64,000 nucleotides of DNA from Polyangiaceae bacterium (lineage in GTDB: Bacteria > Myxococcota_A > Polyangia > Polyangiales > Polyangiaceae). The notes beneath the pieces were generated by a model that saw nothing but the letters and a program-made list of their open reading frames with translations, was not told the DNA's origin and did no database searches. Numbering within the stretch: the first letter of the stretch is position 1; every line of letters starts with the position of its first letter. Both the position numbers and the translations under genes were made by a program. Positions 56,816-64,000 of this stretch are shown in pieces. The DNA lies in contig JBNKBE010000005.1 in NCBI GenBank assembly GCA_050287085.1, positions 128,001 through 192,000 on the forward strand. The letters run 5' to 3'.

Positions 56816-58249
56816 ATGACCGCCCCCTACGACGCCATTGTCACGGGTTCGGGCCCGAACGGTCTCACGGCGGCCGCCTTCTTGGCAAAGGCTGGCCTGC
56901 GTGTTCTCGTGATCGAAGCCCACTCCGAACTCGGGGGAGGACTCCGCACCGCAGAACTCACCCTTCCCGGCTTTCGGCACGACGTCTGTTCTGCCGTCCA
57001 CACCCTTGGATGCTTGTCGCCTGCCTTCGACGAGTTGGAGCTGGAAAGGCACGGCCTGACGTGGATTTACCCCAAACCCTCCTTCGCCCATCCCCTGGAC
57101 GATGATGACGGGGTATTGGTCCACCCCGACCTCGCGGCCACCGCCGCACAGCTCGGCGTCGACGGCAAACGCTACGAACGCCTCGTCGGCCCATTCGTGA
57201 GGGCGGGCCAAGATCTGTTCGCGGACCTGCTCGCTCCCCTCAGATTTCCTTCCCATCCCTTTCTGATGGCACGCATGGGAATGCTCGGCCTTTGGTCGGC
57301 GACTCGGCTCGGCTCTGTGATCTTCCGCGAGCAACGAGCCCGCGCGCTGCTGGCAGGTTGCGCCGCGCACGCCGTGTTGCCGCTCAGCGCTTGGCTCACC
57401 GGAGCTGTAGGACTGCTCTTTCTCACAGCCGCACATATTAAGCCATGGCCAGTAGCTCGCGGTGGCTCCGCCGCAATTCGGGACGCGCTGGTCGAGGTCT
57501 GCGCAGCTAACGGAGTCGAGTTCCGCACGCAGCAACACGTCCGCAGTCTGGCAGACTTGCCCCAAGCCCGGTGCTACCTATTCGATGTCGTACCTTCGCA
57601 GCTGATCGAGATCGCGAGCGATAGCCTGCCCTCTGGCTATCTGAAACGGCTTTCGCGTTTCCGCATGGGGCCCGGAGTATTCAAGGTCGACTGGGCTCTC
57701 AACGGTCCCATTCCTTGGCGCAACCCAGCGTTTGCCGACGCTTCCACCGTGCACGTCGGGGGTACATTGGAGCAGATTGCTGCCTCCGAACTCGACGTCG
57801 CTCGCGGCCGCCACCCGGACTCGCCGTTCATCATTGTTGCCCAGCAGAGTCATCTCGACGCTACCCGCGCCCCCGAGGGCATGCACACCGGCTACGCCTA
57901 TTGCCACGTTCCGGCCGGGTCCACCCTGGATATGACCGGCCCGATCGAGCGACAGCTCGAACGGTTCGCACCCGGCTTTCGCGATCGGATCGTCGCCCGC
58001 CACACCACGCATTGCGCGGCCCTGGAAGCCTACAACCCAAGCTACGTCGGGGGTGCCATCGGTGGAGGCACTCAAGACATCGCGCAGATGTTCACACGCC
58101 CCGTCGCGCGCCTGAACCCGTACACGACCCCGAATCCAAAGCTCTTCTTGTGCTCGCAAAGCACGCCACCAGGAGGGGGCGTACACGGCATGCCGGGTTA
58201 CCATGCGGCCAAGGCCGTGCTCGCGCGCTGGAAACGCCTGGCAAGCTAA
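56816..58249 (+). CDS. FAD-dependent oxidoreductase, phytoene desaturase-related family
   Basis: GSGPNGLTAA dinucleotide-binding motif, LTLPGFRHDVCSAVH, WPVARGGS, TPPGGGVHGM.G. Confidence 0.88.
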   Translation: MTAPYDAIVTGSGPNGLTAAAFLAKAGLRVLVIEAHSELGGGLRTAELTLPGFRHDVCSAVHTLGCLSPAFDELELERHGLTWIYPKPSFAHPLDDDDGVLVHPDLAATAAQLGVDGKRYERLVGPFVRAGQDLFADLLAPLRFPSHPFLMARMGMLGLWSATRLGSVIFREQRARALLAGCAAHAVLPLSAWLTGAVGLLFLTAAHIKPWPVARGGSAAIRDALVEVCAANGVEFRTQQHVRSLADLPQARCYLFDVVPSQLIEIASDSLPSGYLKRLSRFRMGPGVFKVDWALNGPIPWRNPAFADASTVHVGGTLEQIAASELDVARGRHPDSPFIIVAQQSHLDATRAPEGMHTGYAYCHVPAGSTLDMTGPIERQLERFAPGFRDRIVARHTTHCAALEAYNPSYVGGAIGGGTQDIAQMFTRPVARLNPYTTPNPKLFLCSQSTPPGGGVHGMPGYHAAKAVLARWKRLAS

Positions 58250-58255
58250 GGGCCC

Positions 58256-59185
58256 TTAAGGACGCGAACGCGCCGTAGCGCAGCGGGGCGACCCAAGAAC
58301 GACCGTGACTCCACGGTTGGACGGCATCAGCTCGTTCCAGAGGCGGGTAATGGTCGGTTCCCCCGTGAAGATATCCACGTGATGGCCCTGTACTTTGAGG
58401 CCTCGGTCTTGAGCCAAGAAGCAACCGTCGTGGTAGCTTGACCCCGCGCGATCCAGGGGCAGGCCCTCATACTCGGGGATGTATAGGGAAGAGTTCATGG
58501 GGATGACGTCCGTGTCCACGGCGACGGTCATCAACGGTGTTATCGCTGTTCCCGCCGCACCACGCCCCCACGGAAAACGAGCCTTGTCCAGGGGCTGATA
58601 GCAGATCTTCTGCCCGGTACGTGGACACTCACGAGCGCATGAGCAGTCGCGTTTGGCAAAGCTCACCGGCGTACCGCTGACAAGCACGCCGCTTCCCTGT
58701 ACGCACAGCGCGTCGTGAAAGTCTCGACGTACGCTGGCGATCCGCCCACAACTAGCATTGAACAGCGCCACGCGCTCACCGGAAAAGGCCGCTTCGCTAG
58801 GAAAGTCGTAGTAGGTATTGCGAAACTTACCCAAGACGCGCCCCTCCGTCCGCGATACCGCGATACGCGCAACAACAACCTCCGGATTCTCCGCTGGATT
58901 CTCCGGGCGGGTGGCTCCGATGCGGGTCACGCGGTACCGTTCAAGCAGACTCCGTTCCCGGGCCGTTGGTGGAATGAATTCCCCCTGATGAGATTCATCA
59001 TAGGTCGGTGAATCATCGGCGGACCAGGCCTGTTTCGGACCGCAACCAGCGGCGCCTGTGAACGCCAAGAGGAAGCACCCGAGAGCCGCGTTCCGAACCG
59101 AGCGACTCCCAACACGCGACGTTCCGCTCGACATGTCGTCGCTACTTTTTTGCTTGTGGGCAGACTGCGAACTCACTCTGAACAA
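58256..59185 (-). CDS. 3D-domain (MltA-like) lipoprotein
   Basis: Lipobox AAGC; FRNTYY, C.QGSG, VAVDTDVIP, AQDRG, HVDIFTG (three Asp). The true start may be downstream of 59185. Confidence 0.82.
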   Translation of the reverse strand: MFRVSSQSAHKQKSSDDMSSGTSRVGSRSVRNAALGCFLLAFTGAAGCGPKQAWSADDSPTYDESHQGEFIPPTARERSLLERYRVTRIGATRPENPAENPEVVVARIAVSRTEGRVLGKFRNTYYDFPSEAAFSGERVALFNASCGRIASVRRDFHDALCVQGSGVLVSGTPVSFAKRDCSCARECPRTGQKICYQPLDKARFPWGRGAAGTAITPLMTVAVDTDVIPMNSSLYIPEYEGLPLDRAGSSYHDGCFLAQDRGLKVQGHHVDIFTGEPTITRLWNELMPSNRGVTVVLGSPRCATARSRP

Positions 59186-59193
59186 CTCCGAAC

Positions 59194-59739
59194 CTACTTT
59201 TTGGGCAACACCGGCAAGGCACGCGCCCCGGAGCTAGACGACGTAGCCTCCCCGGCGCCGGGACTCCCAACCAAGCTGAGACGTTTCTTGGTTCGGCGCG
59301 CACTCTCCTCGAGGTAGGCACTGATCTGTTCGGGCGTCGGCACAGGCTTGGCTACCGCTTCCACACATTCCCCTCCGGGATCTGAGGTGATCGCCCCCCG
59401 GAGTGCTTCGTTGTTCTTGACCCAAGCTTGGATAAGGTCCGCCGGAACCCCGTGGGCTTCCAGGGTCTCCTCCAACAGACGGAGCCGACGCATGAAGTGT
59501 CCACCGCGGATCCCATGGGCGCCGTGGGCGTCTGGAAGCGGTCTCCCAGAATACGGAATATCGGCGCCCAAATGCCGAGCAGCGAGTTCGTATTCACGCT
59601 GCTTGACTGCAGCGACGTCCACACGCGCAAAGAAGAAACCGATCATCGGATCGGCCACGACCCGGTCGACGAAGTCAGCAACGATAGCGCGGACTGCGGC
59701 TTCACCACCTAGGCGTTCAAAGGCAGAATCCGAGGACAT
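59194..59739 (-). CDS. Group 1 truncated hemoglobin with C-terminal extension
   Basis: FERLGGEAAV..IV..F..RV..DP.I..FF, YSGR.L..AH (proximal His). Confidence 0.85.
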   Translation of the reverse strand: MSSDSAFERLGGEAAVRAIVADFVDRVVADPMIGFFFARVDVAAVKQREYELAARHLGADIPYSGRPLPDAHGAHGIRGGHFMRRLRLLEETLEAHGVPADLIQAWVKNNEALRGAITSDPGGECVEAVAKPVPTPEQISAYLEESARRTKKRLSLVGSPGAGEATSSSSGARALPVLPKK

Positions 59740-59995
59740 TCACCGTCTCCAAGAAGGGCGTGTTGGATGCATACGCGCCCACCATACCCCAAAACAGGCC
59801 GCTGCGATGGGCGGTGCTTGCTCTCACCCAGCCGCAGACCTGTTTGTAATGAAGCAGCGGGCCGATGGCCGTCAACTATTGGGCGATGAATGAGCGAACA
59901 GCGGGCTTCTGGCTAGCTGCGACTCCTACAGTCCGCCCAGAAAGGCCACCTCGCGGCGGCTGGACGCTATTCGGGAAAGCGGGCAGACTGGCCGG

Positions 59996-60709
59996 GTGAA
60001 TCCCGACTCAAGCTCGCTACATCCCCCCTTTTTGCAGCGCACGGCGGCAAACCGCCGCTCGGTGGCCATCACGCGGCGCGCCGTGACTCGGCGCCACGTG
60101 CTGTCGGGCCTGGCCGCCCTGCTCTCGGGATGCGGCGGCGTCGAATGGCAGCGCTTCAGATCGCCCAGCTGGGCTGGCTATTCGGAACGCATCGCGCTGC
60201 TACCACTAGTCCTTTCGTCCACCCGCGAGTCAAGTGCTGCGGGCAGCCAGGCCCCGCCTTGGATCCTCGCCGGGGATGCCGGAAATGCCATGCCAGCTTC
60301 GCAATACGAACAGGCGACCCGTGCCGTGGAGCGTTTGATGCGCAAGGCTCTGGGCGACGAGCGAACCCTCATCACGCCCGAGCAGGTGAACCTCGTCATG
60401 AAGAAGAAGGTCTCACGCCCGCTCCCCGGCGCAAAAGCCGCAGGGCTCGCCGCCAAGTATACGGGCGCGCACGCGGGGCTATTGCTTAGCGTCATGGACT
60501 ACCAAACCCGCTCCGCCCCTGAGCCGTACGGAGAAGGCTTAACGCAGTTAGGTCTCTACGATGCCTCAGGGGACACGGTCTTCACCCTGAGCACCAAACT
60601 CCGCATGAGCGGCGAAAGCGGAACCCCGCCGCAACTAGGAGCGTTCGCCGTCTACGCCGCCGAGCAGCTCCAATCGGAGGTCAGCGACGTCATGACGGAA
60701 CTCGGATGA
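59996..60709 (+). CDS. Hypothetical lipoprotein
   Basis: TRRHVLSGLAALLSGC signal/lipobox; ATGA overlap with the next gene. Start uncertain. Confidence 0.6.
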   Translation: MNPDSSSLHPPFLQRTAANRRSVAITRRAVTRRHVLSGLAALLSGCGGVEWQRFRSPSWAGYSERIALLPLVLSSTRESSAAGSQAPPWILAGDAGNAMPASQYEQATRAVERLMRKALGDERTLITPEQVNLVMKKKVSRPLPGAKAAGLAAKYTGAHAGLLLSVMDYQTRSAPEPYGEGLTQLGLYDASGDTVFTLSTKLRMSGESGTPPQLGAFAVYAAEQLQSEVSDVMTELG

Positions 60710-61452
60710 GCTGCACTCGTCCGAGACCCAGTCCCCACTGGCCAATGTACAGCTGGCTTGTATCTGCGGTACTGCTTGCAAGCAGTGCGTTGGCCACGCC
60801 CCAGCCGGACTACCGAACCCCCATGCCCACAACCAGTCGGGGACGAAGAGCCCCCGCATTCATCCACGCCAATCTATCGCCTCAACAGTGCCGCAAGCGG
60901 CTTCAGTCACTCGCGGCATCATTTCGAGGTGAACGTCGAAGCGTCCGCGGAATTGCGACTCCACTCCGCGTCTCGCGCGAGCTCTCGGGGGTCCATTGGA
61001 AGGTTCCGCCGCGCAGCAGCAGCTTCGGACTGCTCGACTGCAGACTGGCGCTGAGTCTGCAGGTCGCCTCCGAGGCGCTCGTCCCCTACGGGGTGACGGA
61101 GGTGTGGATCGACAACTTCTATCGCAAGAACGCGCGAGTCGCGGGCAAACACAAGCGCAGCCAACACCGCTACGGACTCGCGGCAGACATCACGGGGTTT
61201 CGTCTCGCAAACGGCCAGGTCCTGCGCATTGCCGAAGACTTCGGAGCGATCGACCGAGACCATGCAACCTGCGGCGCCGATGCGCCGGACAAGCTGGCCA
61301 CGACGCAGGCCAAACAGCTCCGCGACATCGTGTGCGCGATCGCCCGGTCCGGGGCCTTCCATCACATCCTGACGCCCAACTACAACGCCGCTCATAAGAG
61401 CCATCTACATCTGGACATCGAGCGCGGCAATCAACACTACTCGACCCACTGA
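60706..61452 (+). CDS. Extensin-like C-terminal domain protein (M15/LAS metallopeptidase-like)
   Basis: LDCRLA, SQH..GLAADI, LTPNYNAAH..HLHLD. Confidence 0.8.
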   Translation: MSCTRPRPSPHWPMYSWLVSAVLLASSALATPQPDYRTPMPTTSRGRRAPAFIHANLSPQQCRKRLQSLAASFRGERRSVRGIATPLRVSRELSGVHWKVPPRSSSFGLLDCRLALSLQVASEALVPYGVTEVWIDNFYRKNARVAGKHKRSQHRYGLAADITGFRLANGQVLRIAEDFGAIDRDHATCGADAPDKLATTQAKQLRDIVCAIARSGAFHHILTPNYNAAHKSHLHLDIERGNQHYSTH

Positions 61453-61497
61453 ATCGCCACGGTCTCACCCGCAAAGAATCCACGTAGCGGCGCCGCT

Positions 61498-62136
61498 CTA
61501 GCTCGTCAGCCTCAGGGTCCCCACGATACGCCGCCGCGCGATATCCTCCAGAACGCCGATCAGCAGCTGCTTCTCCGCGGCTTGAACTCGCGCAGAGAGC
61601 GCATCAACGCTGTCGCCGGCTAGAACCTCGACCTCGACTTGCGCCAGCGGGGCACCGGTATCGTATTCCGCGTCCACGAGGTGAACGGTGCACCCAGAAG
61701 AACGCTCGCCCGCAGCCAAGACGGCACGATGCACGTTTTCACCGAACATGCCGGCCCCGCCGAACTTTGGCAGCAACGCTGGGTGGGTGTTGATGATGCG
61801 TCCCTGAAACGCCCGAAGCGTGGCAGGTCCTAACTTCTTCATATAGCCAGCAAGGACTACCACCTCGACGTCTTGCTCCCGCAGCGCGCGAACGATCGCA
61901 GCGTCCAAGTCGCCCGGCTCCGGATTTGTACCACCTGAAAGGTGATGTGTCACAACCCCCGCTTCAGCGGCTCGGGCGAGCGCCCTCGAACGCGAATTGT
62001 TGCCGATGACGACCGCAACTTCCGCATGCAACTGCCCCCCCCGCGCAGCGTCGAGGATCGCTTGCAGCGTAGTTCCGGTATGGGACGCAAGCACGCCAAG
62101 CCGCAGTTTAGGGGGTGCCAGCACGAACTCCACCAT
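61498..62136 (-). CDS. purN: Phosphoribosylglycinamide formyltransferase
   Basis: ASHTGTTLQAI, VVLAGYMK, INTHPALLPKFGG, SGCTVHLVD.EYDTG. Start moved to ATG at 62136. Confidence 0.93.
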   Translation of the reverse strand: MVEFVLAPPKLRLGVLASHTGTTLQAILDAARGGQLHAEVAVVIGNNSRSRALARAAEAGVVTHHLSGGTNPEPGDLDAAIVRALREQDVEVVVLAGYMKKLGPATLRAFQGRIINTHPALLPKFGGAGMFGENVHRAVLAAGERSSGCTVHLVDAEYDTGAPLAQVEVEVLAGDSVDALSARVQAAEKQLLIGVLEDIARRRIVGTLRLTS

Positions 62137-62441
62137 CACGCCTCCGAAGCAGCGCTCTCGCCCCGAGGGCGCCCACAAGGAGGGAGATTGGGAATGCTCT
62201 TGCTCGCCACGTTCACGACCATATTGCTTGCCTCCAGCTGCGCGCGGATCGGGGTATTCGCCCTGCGGCGGTGCAGCAAGTGCGGACGCGATGCCAGCCG
62301 CAAACAGGATGGGGGGCCGAGTGGAAGGTCGGTGTAACACCGCTTCCGGCCTGGCGCGCCGCTCGGGAGCAATGCCTCGGAACTCATAAAATGGGGGTTG
62401 GGGGTGAGAAAGTTGACGGCCGCGACGTAGTAGAGCGAAGT

Positions 62442-63305
62442 ATGGCTGTGTTCTTTCGCAACGCTCTTATCCGGTACACCCCATCCCCCCTATGGCTCAT
62501 TGCGATCACAGGCCCGTTGGTGCTGGCCTGCGGCGAAGACGCGCCCCAGCCGCCCGGTAACGCCGTCGCGTTTTGTACCGCCTGGGGCAAGGCCGCGTGC
62601 AACGACTTCGCGATGGACCGATGTGGCTCCCCCGATGAAGATCAATGTGTCGAATATCAACAGGAAGACTGTCTGCGCCGCGTCGACGCCGAAAAGTACG
62701 ACAAGGCTGGGGCAGACGAGTGTCTGAACGCGGTCAAAGCGGCCTATGACGACGCCAAGATAGACGGCGAAGAATGGGCGACGCTTTTCGAACTCAGCGG
62801 CCCATGCAGCGGGGTCCAGAGCTCGCCCGCCGACCCCGGCGACAGCTGCTCAAAGGATTCGGATTGCGACGTGGCTGCGGGTCAGTCGTGTGTCCTGCGC
62901 CCCGCCAAGAACGCAAAGGGTCAGTGCTACGAGCCCGAACCGGCAACCGGTGGCGAGAGCTGCGACGACCCCCAGGTGCAATGCGCTGAGGGATTCTATT
63001 GCGACGGCGAACACTGCCTTGCGAGCGGCAAGAAGGGGGGCGACTGCTCGGCGAAGGAGCCATGCAAGGACGGGCTACGCTGCGTAGACGATGGCGATAC
63101 GGCCACTTGCGAGGAGAAGCTAGAGCTTCGCGCGACATGCGCGAGCAACGATGAGTGCCAGAGCGGCCTATGCGCCGCTGCCAGCAACGGCAAGAAGGGG
63201 TGCGCCACCAGCGTGCTCTTGGATTTCGGCAACTCGATCTGCGATCCCTTCGGGCCCCCCGTCGGAGCGAGCTCAGCTCGCGACGGCGCCGACGCCGGGG
63301 GTTGA
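62442..63305 (+). CDS. Cys-rich lipoprotein of unknown function
   Basis: Lipobox VLAC; FC..W.KA.C helical domain followed by G..C....C..G..C disulfide repeats. Confidence 0.75.
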   Translation: MAVFFRNALIRYTPSPLWLIAITGPLVLACGEDAPQPPGNAVAFCTAWGKAACNDFAMDRCGSPDEDQCVEYQQEDCLRRVDAEKYDKAGADECLNAVKAAYDDAKIDGEEWATLFELSGPCSGVQSSPADPGDSCSKDSDCDVAAGQSCVLRPAKNAKGQCYEPEPATGGESCDDPQVQCAEGFYCDGEHCLASGKKGGDCSAKEPCKDGLRCVDDGDTATCEEKLELRATCASNDECQSGLCAAASNGKKGCATSVLLDFGNSICDPFGPPVGASSARDGADAGG

Positions 63306-63440
63306 AGCCGCGTCGCCCCGCCCGCACACACCGCGTGGCAGCAACCACGGCCCCTAAGCCGGCCGCCGAGTACGTCGTGTCGATGCTTGGCCTCGCCCGG
63401 GTTGACCTGGGCCGGGGCGCGACACACTGTGAGCACCCTC

Positions 63441-64000
63441 ATGGCCGCAAGAAAGACACCGGGTTCCAGGGTTGTACCGCCCCGGCGCGGCGGAACGACT
63501 GAGGCTGCCCGGTACGACAGCTCCAAGCCCCCTCCCGGAAGCGAGGACTCGAATGACGCTTCCGCCCAAGAGGACGATGCCAGCTCGGACGAGGAGGAGC
63601 TTGCGACAGACGAACTTGATTCCGAGCTCGATCCTGACTCGGATGCGCTGCTTGAGGACGACTACGACACGGAGCTGGTAGAAGAACGCGAGGCCTCGCC
63701 TCCGACGAGCCGCCATCAAACGATGGCGATAGTGCCGCTCCGCACCAGCTCAGCCCTTGAACGACGCGCAGCAGACGATCCGCTAGCCACCTACATGCGC
63801 GAGGTGCAGCGCCACCCGCTATTGACCCGTGAAGAAGAGCACGAGCTTGCGGTGTTGTACGCCCGGACCGGAGACGTCGATGCGGCCAAACGTCTCGTCA
63901 CGTCCAACCTGCGGCTGGTGGTGAAGATCGCCTATGAGTACAAGCGCGCCTACAAGAACATGATGGATCTCGTGCAGGAGGGAAACATCGGCCTGATGCA
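63441..64000 (+). CDS. RNA polymerase sigma factor, RpoH/sigma32 family (5' part only, runs off the window)
   Basis: Translated by hand from ATG 63441: acidic N-terminus, then [48 protein letters not shown] (sigma regions 1.2 to 2.2). Confidence 0.88.
   Translation, partial: MAARKTPGSRVVPPRRGGTTEAARYDSSKPPPGSEDSNDASAQEDDASSDEEELATDELDSELDPDSDALLEDDYDTELVEEREASPPTSRHQTMAIVPLRTSSALERRAADDPLATYMREVQRHPLLTREEEHELAVLYARTGDVDAAKRLVTSNLRLVVKIAYEYKRAYKNMMDLVQEGNIGLM

Noticed and set aside
56816..58249. Calling this gene crtI (carotenoid pathway)
   Set aside because: No other crt genes nearby; the motifs fit the broader uncharacterised FAD oxidoreductase subfamily.

Overview
GC-rich bacterial chromosomal segment with about 43 protein-coding genes. 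The gene content points to Myxococcota, probably Polyangiaceae/Sorangiineae-like (inference from CGDG..EECDDGN..DGC cysteine-rich repeat lipoproteins, a fibro-slime protein, a DUF1592/DUF1552 pair and a MYXO-CTERM-like tail). I found no rRNA, tRNA, CRISPR array, transposase, integrase or phage gene. Housekeeping genes (pilD, prmC, deoC, purN, arginase, a Kef-type antiporter, an RpoH-family sigma factor cut by the window end) are interleaved with many secreted Cys-rich or lipoprotein genes and a five-gene cytoplasmic phosphorelay cassette. Main candidate for an undescribed system: a Sco copper-chaperone gene directly upstream of a ~2130-aa secreted protein. That protein fuses an intact copper-radical (galactose oxidase/AA5-type) oxidase, three LamG domains, two copies of an unassigned domain and a C-terminal CxxCH heme-c domain. 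Other notable items: a ClpB-like ATPase with a degenerate first AAA module; an L,D-transpeptidase homolog lacking its catalytic Cys; an arginase + TIGR00300-type ornithine cyclodeaminase operon; a 42-repeat giant lipoprotein; two candidate structured non-coding RNA elements; and a consensus sigma54 promoter. All family calls come from recognising motifs by eye, with no database searches. Several starts were moved to more plausible downstream codons than the ORF track gives.
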